A DNA stretch of 64,000 bases, taken from the NCBI GenBank assembly GCA_963821435.1, contig CAWGDR010000015.1, positions 6,240 through 70,239 on the forward strand, given 5' to 3'. Shown here one piece after another: positions 1 to 9,830 of this stretch; within the stretch, counting starts at the first letter, position 1; each line of letters opens with the position of its first letter. The position numbers and the translations under genes were made by a program. Below the pieces are notes generated by a model. The model was not told the origin of the DNA. It ran no database searches and saw only the letters and a program-made list of their open reading frames with translations. This DNA comes from an uncultured Acidobacteriota bacterium (GTDB lineage Bacteria > Acidobacteriota > Thermoanaerobaculia > UBA5066).

Positions 1-2
1 GC

Positions 3-860
3 CGCCAGGACCTTCTCGGCTGGCTCTCCTACCTGACGGTTTCCCTCGTCTGGGGGAGCACGTACCTCGGTATCGCGGTCGCCCTCCGCTCGTTCACCCC
101 CTGGGGTGTCGTCGGTCTCCGCTTCGCCCTCGCGTCGGTCCTCTGCCTCGCGCTCGGCCGGCTCCTCGGCGAGCCGCTCCCCCCGCGCGCCGCCGTGCCG
201 CACCTCCTCGTCTCGGGAGCGGTTCTTCTCGGGGTCTGCAACACGCTGGTCACCTGGGCCGAACTGCACATCTCCTCGGGACTCGCGGCCGTCCTCTGCG
301 CGCTCGTCCCCGTGTTTCTCGGCCTCCTGACGCTCCGGACCGAGCCGCTCGGAGCGCGGGGCTGGTCGGGCGCCCTGCTCGGCTTCGCGGGCGTCGTCGT
401 CCTGATGGCACCCGAGAAGGCCGAGCGCGCGTCGCTCGGGGGCTCGGCGGCGATCGTCCTCTCGACCGCGCTCTGGGCGTGGGCGACGCTCTACCTGAAG
501 CGGAACGTCTCGGAGGGCGGGGCCCTGACGAACGCCGGGATCCAGATGCTCATGGCAGCGGGGATCGGCCTCGTGGCCGCGCCCCTGACGGGCGGCTTCC
601 TCCACGCTCCGGTCGCGGAAAAGCCGGCGCTCGCGGTCCTCTACCTCGCCCTCGTCGGCTCGTGCCTCGCGTTCACCGCGTTCGGCGTCCTGACGAAGGT
701 CTGGCCGCCGACCCGCGCCAGCACGTACGCCTACCTCAACCCGCTCATTGCCGTCCTTCTCGGCGCGGGGCTCCTCGGGGAGCCGCTCACGGCGCGCCTC
801 TTCCTCGGGATGCTGATGCTGCTCACGGGCGTCGCCCTCGTGCAGCTTCGGCAGCGCTGA
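3..860 (+). CDS. EamA/DMT family transporter (5' partial)
   Basis: Frame open from window start; VWGSTYLGI and STYAYLNPLIAVLLG..LLGE motifs; many hydrophobic helices. Confidence 0.9.
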   Translation, partial: RQDLLGWLSYLTVSLVWGSTYLGIAVALRSFTPWGVVGLRFALASVLCLALGRLLGEPLPPRAAVPHLLVSGAVLLGVCNTLVTWAELHISSGLAAVLCALVPVFLGLLTLRTEPLGARGWSGALLGFAGVVVLMAPEKAERASLGGSAAIVLSTALWAWATLYLKRNVSEGGALTNAGIQMLMAAGIGLVAAPLTGGFLHAPVAEKPALAVLYLALVGSCLAFTAFGVLTKVWPPTRASTYAYLNPLIAVLLGAGLLGEPLTARLFLGMLMLLTGVALVQLRQR

Positions 861-926
861 TTCCCCGGTTCCGCCCGGCGGAGTCTGCTAGAGTCCGCGC
901 GCCCGCGAACCCCCGGGGAGCCGCGG

Positions 927-1721
927 ATGCGAAACCCCGTGAAGACGATCGACGCCGCCCTTCTCTTCGGTGCGGGGATCCCGCTCCTCGCCGCGATCCT
1001 CGGCGTCGCGGCGGCGAAGGGGCGCTTCGCGCGCGACCGGTTCCCTACGGGGGGCGCGAAGATCGTGGCGCTCGGGCTCCTTTTTCTCGTCCTCGTCACG
1101 ACGATCCTCCTCCCGTCGACGGGCAGCTCCGCGTCGCTCGACACGAGCCGCCTTTCGTTCTCGGGCATCTTCTTCGTCCAGGGAGTCCTCGCGACGTTTC
1201 TCGCCTGCTGGTGGCTCCTCTCGGGGCGGCCGCACCTCGTCGATTTGCTGGCGCTCCGCAGCCCGCGGCCTCTCGCCGAAGCGGGCGCGGGAGTCTGCCT
1301 CGGCCTCATCGGCTGGGTCCTGACGCTGGCCGTCGGCCTCGTGTTCGGGCTGCTGACGCTCTGGCTCGACCTGCCGCGCCCGACGACGGTGCCGCCGCTC
1401 GTCCAGTGGATGGCGGCGCTCTCGCCGTTCCGGAAGCTCCTCATCGTCCTCTGCGCGATGACGCTCGAGGAGTTCTACTTCCGCGCGTTCCTGCAGCGGC
1501 GGTTCGGGCCGGTGTCGGCTTCGATTTTCTTCCTCCTCGCCCACGGCGGATACGGGGAGCCTTTCTTCTTCGTCGGCCTGATCGCCATCACGGTGGTCCT
1601 CGCCGTCGCCTTTCAGAAAACGGGCTCGACCTGGGCCCCGGTCTTCGCGCACGGCACGTTCGACGCCGTGCAGCTCTTCATTTTCCTGCCGGTGGCGACG
1701 AAACTGCTTTCGGGCCCGTAA
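927..1721 (+). CDS. CPBP (Abi/CAAX) family intramembrane glutamic endopeptidase
   Basis: EEFYFR, FFLLAH and HGTFD motifs in a multi-TM protein. Confidence 0.85.
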   Translation: MRNPVKTIDAALLFGAGIPLLAAILGVAAAKGRFARDRFPTGGAKIVALGLLFLVLVTTILLPSTGSSASLDTSRLSFSGIFFVQGVLATFLACWWLLSGRPHLVDLLALRSPRPLAEAGAGVCLGLIGWVLTLAVGLVFGLLTLWLDLPRPTTVPPLVQWMAALSPFRKLLIVLCAMTLEEFYFRAFLQRRFGPVSASIFFLLAHGGYGEPFFFVGLIAITVVLAVAFQKTGSTWAPVFAHGTFDAVQLFIFLPVATKLLSGP

Positions 1722-3043
1722 GCGGGCCTCGCCGCTTTCGGCGGCGCCGCGCGGCGGACGACGGTCACGACGTCGTCGCTCCGCGACACCTGCGCGCCGG
1801 AGTCCGACTCGTCGGCCTCGTAGAACGCGGCGAGTACGTCGGCGAGGCGGCGGGCGGCGTCGCCCGACGAGAGGCGGAGCCGCCAGACGAATCCGACCGG
1901 TCCGTCCCGGACGCCTTTCGGCTCGAAAAAGACGATGCGGTCGTCCTGCCACTCGGCGGCGAGGCCCGCCGGGTCGGGGGCGCCGGCCGTCTCGAGGACC
2001 GTTCTCAGCATCCACTCGCCGAAGCGGTCGGTCCAGAGCACTCGTGTCCCGGGCGGGACCTCCGCCGCGGCCGGACGGCCCGCGTCGGGGATCCGCTTTC
2101 GAGGGGAGGCGGGCCGGTCGGGGTGGAGGATCTCGGCGGTCGTCCTGGGAGGCCGTTTCCACGCGGCGTCGAGCGCCGCCCAGCCGCCGTCGACCCGCTT
2201 CTTCTCGACCCACTCCGTTCCCGACGTGTAGGGAAAGAGGAGCTCCTTGACGAAGAACTCCGGGACGCCGTCGGCGCCCTCCAGGCCGCCGGCGGCCATC
2301 TGGGCCATCGAGGAGAGGAGGCTCCCGGTCGAGAGGCGGTCGCGGAACTCGGCCGGCAGCTGGGAGAGGACCGCCTGCATCATGACCACGGTCGCCTCTC
2401 CCTCGAGCATCGCCTGCAGCGCCATCTGCGCGTCACCGTTCTCCCGGAGTTCCTTCAGCCGCTTCGACAGGTCGAGGTGGCGGTCCTGGAGCGCATGCGT
2501 CAGCTCGTGCGTCAGGAGGGCGTCCTCCATCATCCGCTCGGCGAGGGGCCCGAGACCGGCCGCCCCGCGGGCGGCCTCGCCGGCTCGCTCTGGGACGACG
2601 TAGAACTTCTTCTCGTCGGGGTCGTAGAAGCCCGCCACCTGCCGCGCGTAGAGGCGCGTCATCGGCTCCTTCAGGTCGGTGCCGGGCGGGACGACCCCGA
2701 GGGCCGCGAGCGACGCGGCGTAGCGGTCGAAGGGGACCGGAAGGTCCTCGGAGAGCTTTCTCTCGAGGACGTTCGCCAGCTCCTTCTCGGTCAGGAGCGC
2801 CGACGGAACCGAGCCGGGGAACGGAACGCCCCGGACGGCCGCGACGAGCTTCTGGGCGTCGGTGACCGCGGCCGGGAGCCGTTCGGCGAGGCTCTTCGGC
2901 TCGGCGGCGGCGAGGGGCGCTTTCGGCGCTTCCGCTGCGGCCTGCGCGAATCCCCGAGGCGATACGGAAAGGAGGAGGGCGGCGACGGCGACGAGGAAAG
3001 GGCGGGCGCGCGGTGGACGCCCGGATGCGGCGTCGCGTATCAT
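1613..3043 (-). CDS. Secreted putative zinc metallopeptidase (gluzincin-like)
   Basis: Signal-peptide-like N-terminus; VAGFYDP, HELTHALQD (HExxH), downstream EGEA and FPY motifs. Confidence 0.7.
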   Translation of the reverse strand: MIRDAASGRPPRARPFLVAVAALLLSVSPRGFAQAAAEAPKAPLAAAEPKSLAERLPAAVTDAQKLVAAVRGVPFPGSVPSALLTEKELANVLERKLSEDLPVPFDRYAASLAALGVVPPGTDLKEPMTRLYARQVAGFYDPDEKKFYVVPERAGEAARGAAGLGPLAERMMEDALLTHELTHALQDRHLDLSKRLKELRENGDAQMALQAMLEGEATVVMMQAVLSQLPAEFRDRLSTGSLLSSMAQMAAGGLEGADGVPEFFVKELLFPYTSGTEWVEKKRVDGGWAALDAAWKRPPRTTAEILHPDRPASPRKRIPDAGRPAAAEVPPGTRVLWTDRFGEWMLRTVLETAGAPDPAGLAAEWQDDRIVFFEPKGVRDGPVGFVWRLRLSSGDAARRLADVLAAFYEADESDSGAQVSRSDDVVTVVRRAAPPKAARPAYGPESSFVATGRKMKSCTASNVPCAKTGAQVEPVF

Positions 3044-3148
3044 CCGCTCGCTTTCAGAACACGGGGGGAGGTGAACATCGGGGCGAGGAGCTTAGCAGGG
3101 CGCCCGACCTGTTCCATCTCCCGGCGTCCGGCGGCAGCCGTTCGAACG

Positions 3149-3607
3149 ATGACCGACTTTTCGCCCGGCCCGATCGTCCTCTGGCTCGCAAGCCGATTCG
3201 AAAACCTCGAGCTTGCCGAGGCCGTGCTCCTGCACGTCTGCCGGCAGCGCGGTCTGGCGGGCGAGAACGAGCACTGGATCGGCGTCGCCCTCCGGGAAGG
3301 GCTCGCGAACGCGATCAAGCACGGGAACCACGGGAACCCGGACAAGCGCGTCTACCTTTCGATCGGCGGGGACGGGGACGAGCTGAAGATCGAGGTCGGC
3401 GACGAAGGGGAGGGATTCGAGCCCGACGCGGTCGCCGACCCGCTCGCGCCGGAGAATCAGCTCAAGACCTCGGGGCGCGGTATCTTCTACATGAAGACGT
3501 TCATGGACGACGTCACGTTCTCGCGCGGCGAGTCCGGCGGGACGATGCTCACGATGAGAAAGAATTTGAAGGCGGAATCCAGCACGAAGGGAGCCAGAAG
3601 CGCATGA
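3149..3607 (+). CDS. rsbW: Anti-sigma factor / Ser kinase, RsbW-like (HATPase_c_2)
   Basis: EGLANAIKHGN, DEGEGF, SGRGIFYMKTFMDDV; C-terminal part of track ORF 479..3607; ATG at 3149. Confidence 0.85.
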   Translation: MTDFSPGPIVLWLASRFENLELAEAVLLHVCRQRGLAGENEHWIGVALREGLANAIKHGNHGNPDKRVYLSIGGDGDELKIEVGDEGEGFEPDAVADPLAPENQLKTSGRGIFYMKTFMDDVTFSRGESGGTMLTMRKNLKAESSTKGARSA

Positions 3608-3948
3608 AGACCACCGTAACGACCCGCGACGCCGGCGACGTCAAGTTCATCGAGCTCCACGGCAAGATCACGATCGGAGCGGGTGACCTGCAGATGCGGG
3701 AGGCCATCCACGCGGCCCTCGCGGGCGGCGCGAAGAAGCTCGTCGTCGACATGAAGGACGTCTCGACGATCGACTCCTCCGGCGTCGGCGAGCTCGTCGG
3801 CTGCTACACGACGGCGACGCACAAGGGGGCGAAGCTGAAGCTGATGGCGCTGCCGCCGAAGATCAGCGACGTCCTGACCGTCACGCAGCTCATCACCGTC
3901 TTCGACGTCTACAACGACGAAAAGGACGCGCTCGCCAGCTTCGCGTGA
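3604..3948 (+). CDS. rsbV: STAS-domain anti-sigma factor antagonist, RsbV-like
   Basis: VSTIDSSGVGELV phospho-Ser motif; ATGA overlap with rsbW. Confidence 0.88.
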   Translation: MKTTVTTRDAGDVKFIELHGKITIGAGDLQMREAIHAALAGGAKKLVVDMKDVSTIDSSGVGELVGCYTTATHKGAKLKLMALPPKISDVLTVTQLITVFDVYNDEKDALASFA

Positions 3949-3958
3949 TCCGTTCCGC

Positions 3959-3988
3959 CGCGGGCCGGAGGCGACGCCCCGGCCCGCG
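3959..3988 (+). other. GC-rich stem-loop between rsbV and the polyprenyl synthase
   Basis: cgcgggccgg...ccggcccgcg inverted repeat; no U-tract. Confidence 0.4.
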
Positions 3989-3999
3989 CCGATCACCGC

Positions 4000-4905
4000 A
4001 TGCCCGCCGCACGCGACCGCCTGAATGACGCCCTGAAGAAGGTGCGGGAGGCGGTCGACGCCCGCCTCCCGGAGCTCCTCGCCGCCGGCGCCGGCGGCCG
4101 GGATCCGCTCGATCCGCTCCCCGAAGCGGCGTGGGAAGCGCTCGTCTCGCCCGGCAAGCGCGTCCGCCCCGCGCTCGTCTTTCTCGCGGGGGAGCTGTTC
4201 GGGGCGACGCGCGCGCGTCTGCTCGACCCCGCCTGCGCCGTCGAGATGATCCACGCGGCGTCGCTCGCGCTCGACGACCTGCCGTCCATGGACAACGCAA
4301 CGGCCCGGCGTGGGAGGCCTGCGCTCCATGTCGCGCACGGCGAGGACCTCGCCATCCTGGCGGCGGTCACGCTTCTGACGCGGGCCTTCGGCCTCCTCGC
4401 GGACGCGGGCCTGAAGAGCGGCGGACCGGGAGCCTCCGCCGCCCTCGACCTGATCTCGCGGCTCGCCGAGTCGTCGGGACTCGCCGGCCTCGCTTCGGGT
4501 CAGGCGCTCGACCTCAGGACGCCCGAATCGGCGGCCACGTTCGAGCGGCTCGAGACGATCCACGCGCGGAAGACGGGCGCCCTCTTCGTCGCCTCGGCCG
4601 AGTTCGGGGCGGTGCTCGGCGGCGCCCGCGCCCGCGAGCTGGCGGCCGTCCGTTCCTACGCGAAGAACGTCGGCCTCGCCTTCCAGATCGTGGACGACCT
4701 CCTCGAGCTGACGCCGAGCGCGCGGACCGGCAAGGAGTCGCTCCGCGCCCCGGCCCCGACCTTCGCGAGGCACGTGGGGCGCGAGGGGGCGCGGCGGCTC
4801 GTCGCCGAGCTGACGGAGCACGCCGTGGAGTCGATGAGCGTCTTCGGAAGGAAGGGAGAGATGCTCCGGGAGTTCGCCCTCGTCCTCCGCGACCGGACCC
4901 GCTGA
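4000..4905 (+). CDS. Polyprenyl diphosphate synthase (FPP/GGPP synthase, IspA/CrtE family)
   Basis: GKRVRP, LDDLPSMD..RRG (FARM), GQALDL, KTGALF, FQIVDDLLE (SARM). Confidence 0.92.
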   Translation: MPAARDRLNDALKKVREAVDARLPELLAAGAGGRDPLDPLPEAAWEALVSPGKRVRPALVFLAGELFGATRARLLDPACAVEMIHAASLALDDLPSMDNATARRGRPALHVAHGEDLAILAAVTLLTRAFGLLADAGLKSGGPGASAALDLISRLAESSGLAGLASGQALDLRTPESAATFERLETIHARKTGALFVASAEFGAVLGGARARELAAVRSYAKNVGLAFQIVDDLLELTPSARTGKESLRAPAPTFARHVGREGARRLVAELTEHAVESMSVFGRKGEMLREFALVLRDRTR

Positions 4906-4928
4906 CGAAAGCTGCTAACGTCGTCCGG

Positions 4929-6711
4929 ATGGCTGACGAGCCCCCTCTCGAGCCGCTGACCTTCGAGGCCGCGCGGGAGCGCCTGCGCGAGCGGGGTTAC
5001 CTCGACCGCGGAGTCGAGGGAGCGGTCCTGAAAGGCGCGCTCGCAGCCCGGACGAAGGCGAGGAGCCTGCTGCTCGGCGCGGCCGTCGGAGCGCTCTTCC
5101 TCGCCCTCGCGGTGGCCCTCGCGGAGACGGCGCTCAACACGGCGTCGTCGTCGCTCCCGGTCCGGGACGCGATCGCCCTCTTCCTCTGGCTCGCGCTCGG
5201 CTCGCTCGTCGTGGCGGCGGTTCTCGTCTCCCTCCTCGTGGGGGCGGCCGTCCTCCGGCTCCGGGGCCGCGGCGACGCCGAGGGGATGTCGGCCGAGATC
5301 GCGGCCGCCTTCGGCGTCCTCGCGGGCGTCGGGGCGGTGCTCGCGGCGCTGCCGGCCCTCCGGACGTCGGGGCCCCTCGCGGCGCTCGGCGTCCTCCTCG
5401 TCGTCGCCGCGGCGGTCTTCATCGCGGTCCGCGCGGCGCGCGGCGTCGCGATCGCCGTCGTCGTGGCCTCGGCCGCGCCGTCCTCTCGTCGACGCGCCGG
5501 CTCGGCCTCGTCGGCCTCGCGGCGTTCCTCCTGACGCTCGCCGGGGGAGCGGCGGCGTGGGCCCTCCGGCACGGCCCGGCCGACGCGGGGCCGCTCGTCG
5601 TCGAGGCGAACGCCCGGCACGTCGTCCTCGTCGGCGTCGACGGCTGGTCCGACCGCTATCTCCCGGAGGCGCCCGCCGGCTTCTCGGCGTCGTTCGGGTC
5701 CGGAGGCGGACGGTTCCTGAAAAGGGAGCGGGACGTGGCGGCGTTCTGGACGACCGTCGCGACGGGAGAGCCTGCCTCGCGCCACGGCATCGGCTCGCTC
5801 GATCTCGTCCGCGTGGCGGGCGTCGGCGCGGCGTTCCGCCCCGTCGGCGCGTCGGCCTTCTACCTGCGCACCGTCCTGCCGGCGCTCTCCGTCGCGCGCC
5901 GGGAGTCCGTCACGGCCGCGGCGCGGCGCGTCCCCGCGATGTGGGAGGTCGCGCGGCGGGCGGGCGTGGCGTCGCTCGTCGTGAACTGGTGGACGACCTA
6001 TCCCGGCGGGCGACGGGGGAGGGACGATCCTCTCGAACCACCTCTTTTTCGCCGCGCGCGCGGGCGCGCCGCTCGCCGGGGAGGGGTGGCCTCCCGAGAC
6101 GACTCAGCGCGCCGCCGCGCTCGCGCCGCGCCCCGCCCCCGAGCCCGGCACGCTGGAGCGCCTCGTCGCCGACGCGACAGGGGCGGACGACTTCGCGATG
6201 CGGGCGTTCGCCGATGCCTTCGAGCGCGAGAAGCCGAGGCTCGCTCTTCTCTACCTGCCGGGGCTCGACATCCTCGGGGCGGCGCTCGCCGACCCGGCGC
6301 GGACGGCGGCCGACCGCGTCGCGCTCGCGGGGGCCGTCACCTCGGAGGCGGCGAAGATCCGCGCGTTCCTCGACAGTCCCGGCGCTCCGAGACGGCGTCG
6401 ACCTCTTCGCCGTCCTTTTCGACGGCGGGCGGACGGAGGCTGGCGGCGTCCTCCGGCTCGCGGGGCCCCTGGCGCGTCCCGGCGCGTCGGGGACGATCGG
6501 CCCGGCCGACGTCGCGCCGACGCTCCTCTCCGTCCTCGGCATTCCGGCCTCGCGGGAGCTGGCCGGAACGGTCCAGGCCGACCTTCTCCTCCCGGGCTCG
6601 CCGACGCGCGCCACCGTGGCGAGCTGGGGACTCCGCCCGCGCGACGCCACCCTCGTCCTCGACCCGAGGGAATACGTGGAAAACCTGAAGTCGCTCGGCT
6701 ACCTGAAGTAG
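4929..6711 (+). CDS. Membrane-anchored alkaline-phosphatase-superfamily protein (frameshifted, possibly degenerate)
   Basis: N-terminal TM helices, VVLVGVDG, WTTVATG, VNWWTTYP, DVAPTLL..LGIP, ends LKSLGYLK; pieces in several frames. Confidence 0.75.
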
Positions 6712-7875
6712 CTACAAGGTCTTCGTCTTCGTCATCATCGAGACGAGGCGGACGCCCTTCGGCACCGAGGAGAAGGCGTGGAACAGCAGGACCACGCCGT
6801 CCTCCGGGGCCCGGACCTCGACGACGGCGTCGGCCGAGCGTGGCGGGAGCGCGGTGCAGCGCGACGGGTCGACGATCCGGCAGACGAGGTCGCCCTGGCG
6901 GACGGGGGTGCCGGGGCTGACGACCGGGTCGACGAGCCCGCCCTCGGGCGCCGCGATCGACTGGTAGTCCGCAACGCGGCACGCGACGATCCGGTAGGCC
7001 GGGTCGTCGGGATCGCCGTCGAGGACGCCGTAGTAGCGGAGCGCCGACGCGATCCGCTTGGCGTCCTCCGTCCCCTGTGCCATCGAGAAGGTGTTCATCG
7101 AGCCGAGCTCGACGGTGAATCCGTCCACGGAGCGGCGCACGTCCGGTCGGCCGAGCCGGCGGAAGGCCTCGGAGAGGTCGTTCCACGGCACGAACGACGC
7201 CTCGTCGAGCGCGCCGGCGAAGCGGTGCGGAATCTCGAGGACGAACGGGATGCCGAACGCGCGCGTCGCGGCGGTGGCGCCCTCGGGCGCGTAGAGATAA
7301 CGCGGGGCGCGATCGCCCGTGTGCAGGTCCATCACGACGTCGGCTTCGATCGCCAGGTCCTGGATCGCGAGCGCGAACTCGAGCCGCGCGTCGAGGCCCC
7401 ATGTCGCCGCGGAGTCGCGGATGGCGGCGAGCGCCGCCTTCAGCGCCTCGCGGAAGCCGTCCTTGATCTCCGACAGCGTCGCGTCGCGGTGGACGGTCGC
7501 GAAGGCGTCGACGTCGACGTACGGCGCGGCCGTGGCGCGGGACGGGCCCGTCAGGTAGACATAGCCGCGGTTGAAGTTCGCGCCCGAGAGGAGGTCGAAG
7601 ACGCCCGTGACGTAATCGCCGAGCTGCTGGTTCGCGCCGACGGGATTGACACGCGGGACGAGGACGAGGCTGCCGCGGGGCGGCTCCTTCTCGAGAAGGT
7701 CGAACAGGGCGAGGATCGCCGCGTTCCCCTGCAGCTCGGCGCCGTGGACATTCGCCTGCAGGTAAGCGAGCGGGCGCTCGTTCCGGCCGTGGCAGTGGAA
7801 GACGGGGGCGGTCAGGCGATGCCCCGTGGCGTTCGTCCGGAGGACGATCTCGCGGCGCTCCCAACGTGCGGTCAC
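6712..7875 (-). CDS. Succinylglutamate desuccinylase/aspartoacylase (M14) family protein
   Basis: HGAE, NFNR, DLH and TVELG motifs; C-terminal barrel-sandwich hybrid domain. Confidence 0.88.
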   Translation of the reverse strand: MTARWERREIVLRTNATGHRLTAPVFHCHGRNERPLAYLQANVHGAELQGNAAILALFDLLEKEPPRGSLVLVPRVNPVGANQQLGDYVTGVFDLLSGANFNRGYVYLTGPSRATAAPYVDVDAFATVHRDATLSEIKDGFREALKAALAAIRDSAATWGLDARLEFALAIQDLAIEADVVMDLHTGDRAPRYLYAPEGATAATRAFGIPFVLEIPHRFAGALDEASFVPWNDLSEAFRRLGRPDVRRSVDGFTVELGSMNTFSMAQGTEDAKRIASALRYYGVLDGDPDDPAYRIVACRVADYQSIAAPEGGLVDPVVSPGTPVRQGDLVCRIVDPSRCTALPPRSADAVVEVRAPEDGVVLLFHAFSSVPKGVRLVSMMTKTKTL

Positions 7876-7940
7876 GGCATGATCAAGTCTACTCGCGCCC
7901 CGGCCGGTCGGCGGGGGAGAGGGGCACGCGCCGGGAGCGC

Positions 7941-8491
7941 TCAGCCCGAGGCCATCTCCCGGAAGACCTCGGCGACGGTCGGCTGCGCCGGGTCGGAGGC
8001 GAGACGCACGACGGGTTCCCCGGACGCGACGCCCCCCTCCCGGTCGACGGCGAGGTAGAACCCGCTCCGCCCGCTCGCCGCGAAGCGCCGGACGAAGGCC
8101 ATCGACCCCATCCGCATCCCGAGTTTCGCGCAGGGCGTTCGCGGCTTCGTCACCCGGACCCGCGCGTTCCCGACGTCGAAGACGTCCCCGATCCGGACCT
8201 CCTCCTCGAGGAGCCCCTCAGTCGTGAAGTTCTCGCCGAAGGAGCCGGGGAGAGGTCGTCGCGGCGCAGCTCCCTTTCCCAGTATGCATAGTGCTCGAAC
8301 GGATAAAGGTAGACGGCCTTCTCCCGCCCGCCATGGTAGCGGGGGTCGCCGACGCCATCCCCGTCGAGGTGGAGCGTCGAAAGGAAGACCGGCCCTTCCA
8401 CCGGCTTCTTGAAAAACGCGGTCCGGACCCTGCGCCCGCGCCAGACGATCTCCTCCGGGAGCGAGACGTTGAGCGAGACGAGGCGCGCCAC
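7941..8491 (-). CDS. MOSC domain protein (YiiM-like), one frameshift
   Basis: DGDGVGDPRYHGGREKAV, FGENFTTEGL, PRTPCAKL, GRSGFY. Confidence 0.85.
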
Positions 8492-8522
8492 GGCCCGGAT
8501 GTTACGGCCATAATCCCGCCCC
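8492..8522. promoter_or_regulatory. Back-to-back -10 elements for two divergent, probably leaderless genes
   Basis: Minus TAACAT (8499-8504) 7 nt before GTG 8491; plus CATAAT (8509-8514) 8 nt before ATG 8523; no SD. Confidence 0.55.
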
Positions 8523-9766
8523 ATGAGCCCCGTCGAGACCCGCGCCGACGTCGCCCCGTCTCCGCGATCCGTTCCCACTTCCCCGCGCTCGGCCCGCCTC
8601 GAAGGGGGTCTCCCGGTCGCCTACTTCGACGGCCCGGGGGGCACGCAGGTGCCGCAGGAGGTCGCGAGCGCCGTCAGCCGACTACCTTCTCCACCACAAC
8701 GCGAACACCCACTGGGCCTACCCGACGAGCGTGGAGACCGACGCGGCGCTGCCGGCGGCGCGCGAGGCGCTGGCCGACTTCCTCGGCGGGGCGCCGGCCG
8801 AGGTCGCCTTCGGCGCCAACATGACGACGCTGACGTTCCACCTCGGCCGCGCGCTCGGCCGGAAGTGGGACGCCGGGCGACGAGATCGTCGTCACCGAGC
8901 TCGACCACCACGCCAATGTCGACCCGTGGCGGGCGCTCGAGAAGGAGCGGGGCGTCGACGTCCGCGCACTGCCGATGGTCCCCGAGGCCGGGCCAGCTCG
9001 ACCTCGAGGAGCTTCCGCGCCTGCTCTCGAACGAAGACGCGCCTCCTCGCGATCGGCGCGGCGTCGAACGCCCTCGGCACGATCAGCGACGTCCGCCGCG
9101 CCGCGGCGATGGCGCACGAGGTGGGGGCGCTCGTCTTCGTCGACGCGGTCCACTACGCCCCGCACATGCTCGTCGACGTGCGGCGCTCGGCGGCGACTTC
9201 CTCGCCTGCTCGCCCTACAAGTTCTACGGGCCGCACCTCGGCGTCCTGTGGGGCAGCGCGAGAAGATCGCCGGGCTCGACGTGCCGAAGCTCGCCCGGCG
9301 CCCGACCGGCCCCCGAGCGGCTGGAGACGGGGACGCAGACCACGAGGGGATCGTCGGCGCGGCCGCGGCCGTCGACTTCCTCGCCTCGCTCGCCGGCGGT
9401 GCAACGCGACGGAAGCGGCTCGCCCTCGCCTTCGAGGTCCTCGAGGCGCGGGGCCGGGAGCTGGTCGAGCGGCTCTGGAAGGGCCTCGGCGAGATCCCGC
9501 GCGTGACGCTCTACGGCCCGCCGCCCGAGAAGCCCCGAACCCCGACGGTCTCGTTCTCGGTCGCGCGCCGCGCGCCGGAGGCGGTCGCGGCGGAGCTCGC
9601 GCGCCGCGCCGTCTTCGTCTCGCACGGCGACTTCTACGCCGAGACGGCAATCGCGCGCCTCGGGCATGGCCGCGACGGCCTCGTCCGCGCCGGCTGCGTC
9701 GCCTACACGACGGCCGAGGAGGTCGACCGCCTCGTCGCCGGCGTCCGCGAGATCGCGCGCGGCTGA
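8523..9766 (+). CDS. Cysteine desulfurase-like aminotransferase class V protein (frameshifted)
   Basis: YFDGPGGTQVP, FGANMTTL, LDHHANVDPW, VDAVHYAPH, CSPYKFYGPHLG, GDFYA. Confidence 0.88.
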
Positions 9767-9830
9767 CGGCCTTTCTCGACCCCCTCGTCGCCGGAATTGA
9801 TATAGAGTCGCGTTTCCAGAGGGGGACTGC

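Noticed and set aside
479-3148. 1042-aa ORF 479..3607 and many similar long Arg/Pro/Gly-rich ORFs
   Set aside because: Shadow frames of real genes in GC-rich DNA; only the last ~152 aa (RsbW) are credible
4000-4905. Polyprenyl synthase as part of a terpene or carotenoid cluster
   Set aside because: No cyclase, phytoene synthase or desaturase in the window
7872-7880. ATG-CCG-TGA mini-ORF overlapping the M14 gene start on the minus strand
   Set aside because: A single missing base would make the ATG the true in-frame start; indistinguishable from indel error
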